DNA of 64,000 bases from Antedon mediterranea (lineage: Eukaryota; Animalia; Echinodermata): assembly GCF_964355755.1 (NCBI RefSeq), contig NC_092678.1, positions 6,836,422-6,900,421 on the forward strand, given 5' to 3'. How positions within the stretch are numbered: the stretch's first letter is position 1; each line of letters opens with the position of its first letter. The notes under the pieces are model-generated. The model worked only from the letters and a program-made list of their open reading frames with translations, was not told the DNA's origin and made no database searches. The translations under genes and the position numbers were made by a program. Shown one piece after another: positions 1 through 12,670 of the stretch.

Positions 1-123
1 GCCCAAATATGGTATTGATATGCTCAAATATGATAGTGGTATGACATCACCATGTCCATATAGGCCTATAGGCAAGATCAATTTTTTTTGTCACATAAAA
101 TTTGATAGTGTAGACAGATCTTA
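1..123. mobile_element. MITE family A (terminus gatagtgtagacagagct; Harbinger-like), partial copy; other copies ~4665-4797, 9225-9360, 13834-13976, 35927-36040, 53200-53352
   Basis: Shared sequence cccaaatatggtagtgatat...catcatgtccat...tttgatagtgtagacagagc; several copies end at TTA/TAA. Confidence 0.75.
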
Positions 124-525
124 ACAATCATTCTACGCAAAATATTTCAGAGCGTGCGCACAATGCATTTAACTCGACAGCTGCCGTAGTCTACAACAGT
201 GGCGCGTAGTGAAAATGCAAGGTCGATAATAATGTTTTATGGCGCCGCCAAGATGCTACAAACACGCCAAAATGGCATTTGCTACACTGTAATGATTATT
301 TAAATAATCGAACTGATAATATGCGACGATGAATGATATTTATATTATTTATTTTGAATCTAGGCCTACTAAACTGACCTTTATAAATAGGCCTATATTC
401 AATGCGAGTTGGGTACAAAATACATAAAGCGGATTTTGCTATGTTTTTGTATGTGGTATAGATTTACAAAATATGTAAACGTAAGTGTAAAAGTAATAAG
501 GTACGCGATCATAACACGTTACCTA

Positions 526-713
526 CAGTGGCGTAACATAGAGACCCGAGTCCCCTGGTTTAGGAACCCTAAGTGGCCTTCCAACACTGGAGACATTAGA
601 CAACGCTGGAGACAACAATTTAATGCCTTTTCCTCTGGGCACTGCTCAGGGGCCCTATAAGCTCTTGGGCCCGTGGGTTTAGCCAGTGAGCGTTCATAGC
701 CGTTACGCCACTG
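526..713. mobile_element. hAT-type MITE; diverged inverted copy ~27336-27495
   Basis: TIR CAGTGGCGTAAC...GTTACGCCACTG; near-perfect 8-bp TSD gttaccta/cttaccta. Confidence 0.8.
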
Positions 714-871
714 CTTACCTACCTCAAGTTAATTTTTTTTCTCACTAGGACGCATCGCAAGGACGTAAACGCAACGCAAATAATTTGACCAATCACAATT
801 AATGGATTATTCGACATTCCGCGTTGTCATTGGCTTGCGTTGCGCTTACGTCCTCCCGCGCTTCATCCTAA

Positions 872-1117
872 AGCTTGGTTCCCACTAGAACGTAACGCAA
901 GGACGTAAACGCAACGCAAGCGTTTTAACCAATGACACGCGAAGTTATAGACAGTTAGTAACGCAAGGACGTAAACGCAACGCAAGCGTTTTAACCAATG
1001 ACAAGCGAAGTTATAGACAGTTAGCAATCACAAGCGAATAAGTCATCGCTTGTGATTGGTCAATTCACTTGCGTTGCGTTACGTCCTTGTGTTGCGTCGC
1101 TAGTGGGAACCAAGCTT
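872..1117. mobile_element. MITE family B (TIR AGCTTGGTTCCCACTAG; PIF/Harbinger-like); further copies or fragments ~740-860, 5533-5895, 6292-6410, 8543-8705, 8729-8938, 43122-43270, 46035-46155, 61935-61990, 62279-62460
   Basis: Terminal inverted repeats, internal palindromic ACGCAACGCAAG/TTGACCAATCACAAGCGA motifs, TAA/TTA flanks. This copy has an internal ~60-bp duplication. Confidence 0.85.
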
Positions 1118-1617
1118 GATGGTCAGGAATCATAAGCATAACCTAAACATTGGGAAGGCAGGGACACATTTGTTTACATTATTAACATTAGTTAAAGTTT
1201 ATAACAATTCCGTGAAATCTTACAATAATCAATAAATAATATTCAACCTTCAAAGAAAATTTTGAATAATACAAACGCTGTCTACTGACGTCATGATGAC
1301 GCAAAAGACTAAACATTTTTCACGATAGACATCATTGGACAGCTATTTTAAATCTACTATAAAATTGTTCGGTAATTTCTTTTCTCTCTTATTAATTGTA
1401 ATTGTGATTTTGTCTCTTTAAAATGGCAATATCATTTCAGGCATTATTTCTTTGCGAGGAAAAAAAAAGTTATATACAAATAATGAATGCAACTACAACT
1501 ATTGTTATGAGGTGAAAATAAAATATTTTCACCGAAAGAAAGGTGCATGGATAAAAATTAAATAATTTGTTTTATATAACATCTAATTATTATATACTTT
1601 TTTTGCATCTGTAGTAA

Positions 1618-1730
1618 TTTTGCACACGCAAGTACATATTTGCACTCGTATAGTACCAATTTGCACTGGTAGTACACATTTGCACCCGTATGGTACACAT
1701 TTGCACTCGCATAGCACAACTATGCACCCA
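1618..1730. repeat. ~20-21-bp minisatellite (TTTGCACnCGTATGGTACACA), about 6 degenerate units
   Basis: Visible periodic tttgcac motif. Confidence 0.75.
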
Positions 1731-1732
1731 AA

Positions 1733-2150
1733 ATCGTATATTGGGGGGGGGGGGGGAAGAGGTCGACAGTTTGGAGTAAGACTGAAAGAACACCAAAAAA
1801 AGACACTGAAAAGGTCTCCGATCGCAAATACACCCGGGCAGCTAGAAAGGAATCAACATCCGAAATCCACAAATCCACCATCACAGACTTGGAGGGGGAA
1901 AAAATTCTTGACAGAGACTCTAACCCATTCACGCGTAGAATCAGAGAGACAATCCAAATCAGAAAGAGGGGTCTCACGCAATCAACCGCGACGAAGGGGC
2001 TGTATTTCTCGATCACGTATACACATCATTGCTACGAAAAAATATGACGTCACCTAGAAACAATAGCAACAGATTTTCAGGAAGTAGCAGTGGACCGGAT
2101 CACTTGTGATCAAGACATCAGTCAAGATGGCGAAAGTTAAAGAATGTGAG
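1733..2150 (+). mobile_element. Penelope-like retroelement fragment (frameshifted GIY-YIG endonuclease C-terminus)
   Basis: SYIG...GRQFGVRLKEH, then in shifted frames KILDRDSNPFTRRIRE.IQIRK and AINRDEG, motifs typical of the Penelope GIY-YIG domain. Confidence 0.8.
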
Positions 2151-2719
2151 TAATTTCTTTACTAGATTTGTCAAACAAAATGATTTATTTATTATCTACA
2201 ATCCTACAAAATGCACTCATTCACGGGTGTACCCGACTATTCAACGGCGTTTAATAGGCCAGTAAATTCAATGCACGACACGTGATACCTAATCAACCAT
2301 CAAGTGTATTATAAAATAGAAATAATAAACATAAATGAAGAATAATAATAATAATACATAAGATGCATGCCATGCCATTAAAATTCATGAGTGTGGTTAC
2401 GTGATTTGAACTAGGATACAGGGGATCTAAAATTCATTGAAATTAAGAATTTCAACGAACTGATATTAACAGAACTAATTAAAATTCAATAGCGCTAAAT
2501 TATTATCTATTATAAGCTTTGTGTCTTATACGAAGGATGAATTTCAAAATGTCAAAAGTAATTTACCAGCACTGATTTCTTTGAAAACTAAAATGAACGA
2601 CAGGCTGACATTCAAAGCATATAGAGTTAATTATTACCGTCTATACCATCAGTCCCAACACTGCCGTATAATGTTAGGGATGGAATAATTTTCATTTTAA
2701 AACAAAGATTTCTATATTC

Positions 2720-3130
2720 GGGAAAATTAATTTAAGGCCTTACACTTTATGAAAAAATAAATCGCCACGAAAGGGATGAGACGGGGTTGATAGTAATAGA
2801 GTATCAAAATGACCGGAATTTAAGGCCACATATTAAAACAAACCCGCCACGAATGGGAGAGAGTGGGGGAGTATATAATAGAGCATCTAAATGACCAGAG
2901 TTTAAAGCCACATGAAGAAGAAACCCGCCACGAATGGGAGGAGACGGGGGTGGGGGAGTGTATTATGATAGAGCATCAAAATTACCGGAATTTAAGGCCA
3001 CATATTAAGAAGGAAAACCCGCCACGAATGGGAGGAGAGTGGGGGTTGGGTCGGTTAGTATATCATTTTAAGTAGATGATCGGAATTGCACTGAGACATT
3101 TAAACTTTAACATTTGAAAACCGGCACGGA
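2720..3130. repeat. ~80-bp degenerate tandem repeat, about 5 units
   Basis: Recurring aacccgccacgaatgggag...aatgaccggaatttaaggccaca. Confidence 0.75.
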
Positions 3131-3519
3131 GGGTTGGAGATAGTTGGGGTTCCGACGCCCCACCATTCCACAAGGATCCCCGCTCTGAATACAAAATCGA
3201 TAACTTGTATTAGTTTCGAAAAATTGTTAAAACTGAAATAATTCATTGTAACGCCTTAGTAAATTTGACAATTTATTTCTCTTATATTGTTTTGGTGAAT
3301 TATGGATATGGGAAAAAGAATTTGACTTTGTAAACCAAATCAAGGTATAGGAGTTGATAATGCAAAACTTTGTAACTATTATTGTTAATATGTTATAATA
3401 GCCTGGTTTAAACTAACAAATGATTATGATGAGGTATGGTGATTTAATCAAATATTATAATGTGACGTCCTCACACGTCTTTGATTTTCTTTCTTCTTCT
3501 TTTCTGATCTTTTTAATGT

Positions 3520-4282
3520 TGATTGGAGTTTAATTCATAGGATGCCTTACGAATGTACTCCTGACACTAAAACACAATTCCTGCAGTTCAGATTTATACA
3601 TATAATTCTTCCCACAAATAAGTTACTGCACAGAATTAGCCTGGTTCAAGATGATAAATATTCTATTTGTAGTAAAAAAAAAAAAACCAGTAGAATATCT
3701 AATATGGTCTTGCGAGAAAACTTCTAAATTGTGGGACGATGTGTTTTATTGGTTCAGGAAATTAGACATCCGTTTTAAAATAGATTATATAGACATATGC
3801 TTTGGTATTTTTGAATACAAATTTACAATTTTAGTAACATGTTTTTTTACTTCTTACTAAGAGATATATATATATATAAATGCAAGATTTATAAAAGTCC
3901 TCTTAACTTCAATCACGTTAAGGACTGGGTACTTTTTACAGAAACTGTGGAGAATAATATTGCAAAAAATAGAAATAAGTATAATGTCCATATCAAAAAA
4001 GTATTGTAAACTAAATTAAGGAATAAGAGTTGAAAATGCAAAACTTGGTAATCATTATTGACAAGGGGTTATTATAACCTGGTTTAACTTAAGAAATGAT
4101 TATGATGAGGTATTTGTGGTATATCAAACATTGAAAGAGATAATGAAAAAAGAGAATGACGATTGAGATAATGTGACGTCCTCAAGCGTCTTTGGTTTTT
4201 CTTTTTGTTTCGTTCTGTTTAGTGTAATGTTTTTGATAAAAGGAAAAAAAAATAAAGTTTTTGAAAAAAAAAAAAAAAAAAA
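3520..4282 (+). mobile_element. 5'-truncated L1/Tx1-type LINE 3' end (zf-RVT remnant, 3' UTR, poly-A)
   Basis: FLQFRFIH.ILPTNKLL..I......SIC....EYLIWSCEKT.KLW and YIYKCK resemble the ORF2 C-terminal zinc-knuckle region; AATAAA plus a poly-A tail at ~4250-4282. Confidence 0.75.
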
Positions 4283-6444
4283 TTTTTAATATTAATTTCA
4301 ATTAAAAATATATAGTTTCTGTTCAGTTTTGTAATTCCCGTGAAACTCTATTTGTCGGAACATTCAACACATTTCCCGTTTCGTTGAACCATCTTTACAC
4401 ACATCTAAATTCAAATAATTATGCAACGGAAAATAACATAACGTTATACAAATTTCCTACTTTTTTTTATTTGAAGATTGTTAAAATTCTGTCTGTTATT
4501 CTGTACAACCTCAATTCTTTTTGTATGTTATCTGTAAAATGATTTCATGTCATTATGGTATTCCGAAATAAAAAAAAATAGGCTAATAATGAAAAACAAT
4601 TGAGAATACAGTAGTGTGTGCACGCAGCGCGCGCCAAGTGGTAGCCGAGCTACTACTTTGAGAAAAAAAAGTGTGATGTCCCCAAATATGGTGGTGATAT
4701 ACCTAAATATGGTAGTGATATGAGATCATCATGTCCATATATGGACATGTCACATGGTTTTGTCAAGTAAAGTTTGATAGTGTAGACAGAGCTTTAGTTC
4801 CAAACCTATTCAGATTCGGACCAAGTGATTCCCATCTGCTTGATGTCAAGGTGTGTCGAAAGGGAGGAAGGCATTGAGTTATCATGCGGGTTAAGGCAGG
4901 GGTGCCGCGCGCAAAATATAGCCATACAATCGACACTGAGCTTTCCTCGACTATTAGACCTACTCTACTTGGATGATAGGGACTTAAAACCGAAGGCCCA
5001 GAGTGGTCACATGTGGATCCTGTGTATTTAAGAACTCGGGGTGTGTGGATGGGGTTCCTGGTCCCTGTCGACAGAAGCCTGTACAGAACGAAGGTGAGAA
5101 GGAACGTTGTATATTTCGTTCACACCTGTGCGCAATTCCGCCTTACAGGCTACGAGTCGCAGCTTATTTCTTCACATTTACATTACATATCAACTATCTA
5201 AAAATAGAATATAGGCCTATGAAAGTGTGTTTTAGAACATGTATTTTTCCTGTGTGATCAAGACACTATAAATCAATCAACAGGCCTGCTTTTGTAACTG
5301 TATGTTAACCCACTTCTATCAATAAACCCCATTAGCACTTAAATCAGAAACAGAAATCGATAATAGGTAAAACACGGCACAATGTACGGTTGTGTAGTAG
5401 GAACGTTAAGGTTTAACAGAATTGATTGACAGTTCTATTAAAACAATGAAGAACATAAATTAAATTCTGTCGTAAAAACTGACTGGCGTTCAGTTTTGGA
5501 TACAGTATGCAAAGCGTGAAGATAATTAAGTTAAGCTTGGTTCCCACTAGAGACGTAACGCTAGGACGTCGCAACGTAAGCGAGTTAACCAATGAAGCTT
5601 GGTTCCACTTGTTCCCACTACGACGTAACGCAAGGATGTAAACGCAACGCAAGCGTGTTTACCAATTACAAGCGACAGTTCGAATAATCCATCGCTTGTG
5701 ATTGGTCAACTAACTTACGTTGCGTTACGACCTTGTGTTGCGCTTCTAGTTGGAACCAAGCATTACAAACGATAGTTCGAATGAGCCATCGCTTTTGATT
5801 GGTCAAATCACTTACGTTGCGTTACGTCCTTGCGTTGCGTCGCTAGTGGGAACCAAGCCTTCGTCCTAATTGCGTTGCGTCTTTAGTGGGAACCGAGAAT
5901 TATACTGTATTTGTAAAATTATCACGAAATGCTCGGATCGGACACGAAGTGCAATAACATAAAAACAAAAATGATTTCCCAAAAGAGTAAAACAATATAT
6001 AAAATATGGATAAATCCTATTGTAATTTAAAAACACTAAACATGAACTAATTAAGAATTTTGAAGTATTATCAAACAAAGTATTAAATTTAGATCGGCTG
6101 ATCTACACACGATTCCACCGGACGTACCGATATGAAAAAATAAATAATATATAAAACAAATAAATAAAATAAACCAGGGAAGAGTGATTTTTTTTTTTTG
6201 GAGTACTACATTTTGCCAAGTAATAAATGAAATAAAAAACAAATAGCATAGTATAGTTTGAGATTTACTATTCATGAGCAGAACCTCTATTAAGCTTGGT
6301 TCCCACTGGTTCCCACTAGAGACGCAACAAGTGAGTTGACCAATCACAATCAATATATTATTCATAATAATAATAATTATAACTGTTGCGTCGCTAGTGG
6401 GAACCAAGCATTAAGTGGACATGGCCAAACAAACTGGTCCCTAA

Positions 6445-6821
6445 AGCCGATTTTCCACTAGGCGAATTTGTTCGCGCGAATCAAAAGCGTCATGCTATGC
6501 ACATGCGTATTCGCGTTTCTGTCTGTCATATACTGCCTTCTTCGACGAATTCTATTTCCTTTGATTTTTCGCTTTAGCGAAATTTACTAGTTCGAATTGT
6601 TTCTATTTTTTGCGAAGCGAAATATTGCGCAACCAATCAGAGCTCAGGAAATGAGCTATGACGCTTTCATGCGCACTCATGCGAATCGAAATGCTCAGCA
6701 ACCACGCGAGGAACATGAACGTCGCAGCTATTCGCTCATGTAGTGGAAAGAGAGTAGGCGATTTTTTTCTCTTCGAAACGTTTGATTCGCGCGAACAAAT
6801 TCGCCTAGTGGAAAATCGGCT
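6445..6821. mobile_element. PIF/Harbinger-type MITE
   Basis: Perfect ~40-bp TIR AGCCGATTTTCCACTAGGCGAATTTGTTCGCGCGAATCAAA; TAA TSD at 6442-6444 and 6822-6824. Confidence 0.9.
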
Positions 6822-8317
6822 TAATAGAGGTTTCCACTGAATAGGGGTTAAAATATATCATATTTCCCCTTGTACACTTTATAAGGTATCCCCTTAATAA
6901 GGGGTTTGTTTCATTTGAAAACGTCCCCTTAAATAACAAATTTAATAATGAATAGAGAAGGAGTTTTATTGTATTTTTGGGCATTAAATTATTAGTAAAA
7001 AAAAACGAAAAAAAAAAAAAAAACAACACCCCAAACAAGAAAAAAAAAAAGCACACAAAATATTTTCAACCTTTGAACCTTTGAATGTGTTTTTCTATTT
7101 CCCAAAAGATCAAGAATAAAAAGATAAATCGTTGTAATTTAAAAACTAATTAACAAGTTTTCTTTAAGTAATTAAAGCATAAAATGTCGATTATCCCCCC
7201 AAAAATTGGGAAGATTTCCAATTTAACGTTTAATACGATTTTATTTTAATAACTTTCACAAAAGATTGTTAAAACAAATCTACGTACAAGGCCGTAAAGA
7301 GAGGAATAATAACAGTCGAGGAAAAGACTAACATGACGTAGTTTAGTCGTCACAAATCGGATTCAAATATTTCATTTTTAATTTTTTTTTTTTTTACACT
7401 TTACCAATCTGAAATCAAAACTACGTCATCCATTAGTTCATTGGTCCTCTACAACTTTGTGTAGGCCTATATAAGTGAATTATTTGCTACTATCCCCTTA
7501 CTGTACTTACTTAAACAAAAGTAAAACGAAAATTCCAACTGAGAGAATTATCGATAATTGGAATGCTTACCTGCATCTGACCTGACGTTTTGTCGATTTT
7601 TATGAAAAAGAACGTTGTTATGCAAGGCCTAAATTTAAAGTAGGCCTTTGAAAATCAATGTTAACAAATCTACGAGAGTTTAAATAATGTACAAATCTGC
7701 CAATGTTACTACTGTTGTGCCATTTAAAAAACATGTAAGTAAGGAATAAATCTCCTCGTTAACCCGATACATAAATTGTTATATCTGCTGATTGTTCTCT
7801 TTTAACTTTTATATGTTGTACTGGTGATAAAATGTAATCTCCGCTGACTGCTAAACAACTATTTTGAGGGCGAACATTCGTTAAAAATATAAAAATGTCT
7901 CATGAACTCTTGGCCTAGGTAGGCCTGCAAGCAAGAATATTAATATTACAAGTTCCTTCTTCTTTTCCATAATATTTATCTATTTTCAAGTTCTATATTT
8001 AAATGTTATGATGTCGCTTTGGTGGTATACAGTATAAAATGTAGAAAGTGGTAAATATATGACATAAAAAAATTACAAACGATGAAAATTTTAAGTGAAA
8101 TACACTGTAAATAGTTAATGATTTTTATTGTTTTTATATATCAAATATGTTTATAGTAATGTAGTTTCAATTGTTATTTTGTAATTTTTAATGCAAGCAA
8201 TGGAATTTCCAGAAATGGATGAAAATAAAATTTGAATCTTGAATCTTGATTACCGTTTTGTAACATTAGTGATTTGTTAATTTCGTATCACGTGTCGTCA
8301 ATTGTTAGGTCTACTGC

Positions 8318-8505
8318 CCGGTACAAGTCAAATGTTCTATTGCACGGTACAAGTTGAATGGTTCTATTGCACGGTACAAGTTGAATGGTTCTATTGCACG
8401 GTACAAGTTGAATGGTTTTATTGCACGGTACAAGTTGAATGGTTCTATTGCACGGTACAAGATGAATGGTTCTATTGCACGGTACAAGTTAAATGGTTCT
8501 ATTGG
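8318..8505. repeat. 27-bp minisatellite (GCACGGTACAAGTTGAATGGTTCTATT), about 7 units
   Basis: Direct periodicity; explains ORFs 8302..8589 and 8354..8545. Confidence 0.95.
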
Positions 8506-9989
8506 ACGATCGGCCTTGAGCCATGTAAATATTTATTTTCTTTAAGCTTTGTTCCCACTTGGACGCAACGTAATGACGTAGCAAACTGAAGGCGGCGAGT
8601 TGACCAATGGCAAGCGATAGTTCAAATAATCCATCACTTGTGATTGGTCAAATTAGGTGTTGCGCTTACATCCTTGAGTTTGCGTACTAGTGAGATCCAA
8701 GCATAATGGACGACTCGGGAGACAACCTAAAGCTTGGTTCCCACTAGCGACGCAACGTAACGTAATCTACGCAACGTAAGCAAATGCCCTTCTAATAATT
8801 GTGTTTGCTCCCGCCTGCGTGAAATCAAACCTGCGATATTTGCAGCACTATTGCGTCGTCGGTTCCCACTTGTGATTACGCAATACAACACTTTGCGTCA
8901 ATACGTCGCTGCTTGCGTTCTAGTGGGAACCACGCGTTACTTTCGTAGGCCGAGGAGGTTATTTCAATAAATTTGCGTCAAACCAAAACGGAAATTAAGG
9001 ATTCATCAAATTTGTTCCGAATTAAGAAAATAAATTGGTTATATTTTTCTGTTTATCATTCAAACAATCAAACAATTGTTCATCGTCAAATGATATCGCC
9101 TAATGCAAGAAAAACCACAAAGGTACGCAGTCATGTATATTATTGGCATGATGACATCATCAGTATAGTGATTGATCAAATTACTTGCATTGCGCTTACG
9201 TTGTAAGTACTGTAATTGTCGCCTTTTCCTAAAAAATATGATATTCCCATATACTACTACTATATGGACATGATGATATCATGTCACTACCATATTTAAG
9301 ATCACTACCATATATGGGCACATCACATTTTTTGGACACATAACGTTTGATAGTGTACGTCAATGCTGTTATGCCGTTTTCAAAGGTGAACTGTTTACAT
9401 TGTTTGTTTACGGCGTTGATTAAAGATAAAAAAATAATTTTCTTTTAAAATATTCTTGTCTTCATTGAAACATTACACAGAAGTTAAATATGCATTTGCT
9501 ATCAATTGAACTCAAGATGCAACAGAGTGACGTAATGAGTAAGTGCGCGGAAAACAATGACGTCACATCGTAAATAGAGAAAATGTAAACAAACTATTTA
9601 GGACAATAATCTCATAATTCTCGAATCATACAATAAAACATTTGTTGGTTTGTTTATGGCTCGTTCTACATTGTTTGTAATCTTTTCTCTGTTTTAATAA
9701 TTGACAGTATTCGAAGATATGGAACACTGTCAGATAATGAAATAGAAATACAGCCTTATTAAATGCACCCCCGAGAACCCCGATTGATACAATGCAACGA
9801 CGTAAACGTAACGTATCGATGCAACAAGGCGTAAGAAAACTTACACTGTGTGTCAAAAGTGGAAACCAACGACGCAATCACGTTCCCGTAGACGAATGAT
9901 TCATTTAACGTCATTTTCAGTCCTTGCGTACTGTACGTCGCAAAAAGGATGATTCAATTTTTTGTAAGAGGGGGATGCTGTAGTGTTTC

Positions 9990-11370
9990 AAGGTAGAAGA
10001 GGAAGAAGGGGAGGAGTGGTAGAAGAGAAAAAAGGGGAGGAGTGGTAGAAGAGGAAGAATAGAAGTGGAAGAAGAGGTAGAAGAGAAGAATAGAAGTGGA
10101 AGAAGAGGTAGAAAAGGAAGAATAAAGGGAGGAGTGGTAGAGGAGGAAGAAGGGGAGGAGTGGTAGAAGAGGAAAAAGGTGGAGGAGGGGTAAAAGAGGA
10201 AGAATAAAGGGAGGCGTGGTAGAAGTGGAAAAAGGGGGAGGAGGGGAAAAAGAAGGGGTGGAAGGGTAAAAGAGAAAGAAGGGGAGGAGGGGTAGAAGAG
10301 AAAGAAGGGAGGAGGGGTAGAAGAGGAAGAAGGGAAGGTGTGGTAGAAGAGAAAGAAGGGGAGGAGTGCTAAAAGAGAAAGAAGGGGAGGAGTGGTAGAA
10401 GAGGAAAAAGGTGGAGGAGGGGTAAAAGAGGAAGAATAAAGGGAGGCGTGGTAGAAGTGGAAAAAGGGAAGGAGGGGAAAAAGGGGGGTGGAAGGGTAAA
10501 AGAGAAAGAAGGGGAGGAGGGGTAGAAGAGAAAGAAGGGAGGAGGGGTAGAAGAGGAAGAAGGGAAGGTGTGGTAGAAGAGAAAGAAGGGGAGGAGTGCT
10601 AAAAGAGAAAGAAGGGGAGGAGTGGTAGAAGAGGAAGAATAGAAGTGGAAGAAGAGGTAGAAGAGAAGAATAGAAGTGGAAGAAGTGGTAGAAGAGGAAG
10701 AAGAAAGGGAGGAGTGGTAGAAGAGGAAGAAGAAAGGGAGGAGTGGTAGAAGAGGAAGAATAAAGGAAGAAGTGGTAGAAGAGGAAGAAGGGGAGGAGTG
10801 GTAGAAGAGGAAAAAGGGGGAGGAGGGGTAGAAGAGGAAGAATAAAGGGAGGAGTGGTAGAAGAGGAAGAAGGGGAGGAGTGGTAGAAGAGGAAAAAGGG
10901 GGAGGAGTGGTAGAAGAGGAAGAATAAAGGGAGGAGTGGTAGAAGTGGAAAAAGGGGAAGGAGGGGAGGAGGGGTAAAAGAGAAAGAAGGGGAGGAGTGG
11001 TAGAAGAGGAAAAAGGGGGAGGAGGGGTAGAAGAGGAAGAATAAAGGGAGGAGTGGTAAAAGTGGGAGGACGGGAAAAAGGGGGAAGAGGGGAGGAGGGG
11101 TAAAAGAGAAAGAAGGGGAGGAGGGGTAGAAGAGAAAGAAGGGGTAGAAGAGGAAGAATGGGTAGAAGAGGAAGGAGATGTATTAGAGGAAGAAGGGGTT
11201 GGGAGTAGAAGAAGAAGGTATGGGAGTGGAAGAAGAAGGGGTTGGGTAGAAGAGGAAGAAGGTGGTGGTGGGGAAGAAAAGGAGTAAGAATGTGAGGGGG
11301 AGATAATGTAGGGGATGAAGAAGAGGAGGGGTATAGAGGAAGAAGAACATGGGTAAGGGAGAGAGAGCGT
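9990..11370. repeat. Polypurine minisatellite (GGAGGAGTGGTAGAAGAGGAAGAA variants)
   Basis: ~1.4 kb of almost only G/A on the + strand, with higher-order internal duplication. Confidence 0.95.
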
Positions 11371-12664
11371 GATACAATGAAAACAAATCAAATTTATTGG
11401 TAGATACTGTACTTCGTTTGTGAAGCAAATTTATTTGATAAAAAACTAGGTTCAGTAAATGAACATACATTTATTATTATGTTCTATTTATTAGAAAAAA
11501 GTAACTTCGAAAAAGACTGATCCTTAAAAAAAAAAAGCAGAGCGAATTTCTACAATAACCAATCATTATTATAAGACTATTTTATTAAAAGAGAAAATTA
11601 TGTCTTAATAGAAACTTTATTATGGGATATAATATCTCACACTCAACCCATGATTGAATCGAACCAATGTTTACTTTTTTAAAGATCTTATTACTTGGTA
11701 AAGCTTGTCTATTTGCATCATAACGTCCACAATTTTCCATTTATCTTTTGATTCCCTTTTTAAAATTAATAATAATAAATGTTCTTCGCGAGTTCCATAA
11801 AAATCGATATATTGATAACGTCACAAAAGCGTAGTAAAATCTCGAGTTATCTATGTATTCAATATAGACCGAAATAGTAAGTAGCGGTCTCTACATTTTG
11901 CCAACTTTTTCATGAGCGGTTATTTTACTTTTCTTGTAATTATATTATATCTCATTCTTATTAAGAATTATATGTGAAGGTTAGATATTAAAGATAGAAA
12001 ATATATCATATTTACATAATCTTCGTTATGTAAATGAGATATGCCACCACGAAAACATTTCATTCGCTTTTATTCCAATATTCTAGGAAAATTAAGAAGG
12101 AAATTCTAGAATTTCAAAACGTCTATTATTTTTAAATTTGTCTAAAACTTTTTAATCTTTATTAAGATGAAATTTAAAAAATAAAATGGTAGTGATACCC
12201 TTTGGATATATTTTGCCAATTTAGTTTTTACATCATTATAAAGACAAAATTGACAAAAGTATTGGGTTTTGGAATTAGTCAAAATAAAGATATAATGTTT
12301 CTTGTTGTTGAAAAGGCTCTTTGATTGTCATTTATTCATTTTCAATAACAATTAAAGAAACAATTACCTGTAATTCTAAGAAAAAAAGTTTTCCGAAAAC
12401 CAATTATCTGTTTTGCGTTAATACATTTTTAATTCATTTTTCTTACTAATCATTATTTTTGTTTGGCAAAAATGAACAACTTTTAAATACAAAAAGGCGT
12501 ATTTAATGTTTGATTTTGCTTTTCATCTTTATGTTTTATGTTTTGGGGACAATACATCTTTAAGTTGTTTGAAATATATAAACAAAAATATCCTGTGTTC
12601 TGTAGTGGCATGTCACATAAGCAATAACCTGATCTGTCCTTTTATATCTTTCTGTTTGATTCCA

Positions 12665-12670
12665 TCAAAA
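12665..12670 (-). CDS. ARPC4: ARPC4 terminal coding exon (Phe-stop), followed by AT-rich 3' UTR
   Basis: Strong acceptor (long T tract)cag|TTT TGA. Gives a 507-nt CDS = 168 aa ending in F, the canonical ARPC4 length. Minus-strand AATAAA signals lie downstream (e.g. near 12331, 12070, 11581). Confidence 0.75.
   Translation of the reverse strand, partial: F

Noticed and set aside
8302-8589. Repeat ORFs and a CRISPR-like appearance
   Set aside because: Head-to-tail 27-bp units without unique spacers; eukaryotic context, no cas genes.
10369-11391. 340-aa Ser/Pro/Leu/Phe-rich ORF
   Set aside because: Artefact of the polypyrimidine strand of the purine-rich repeat.
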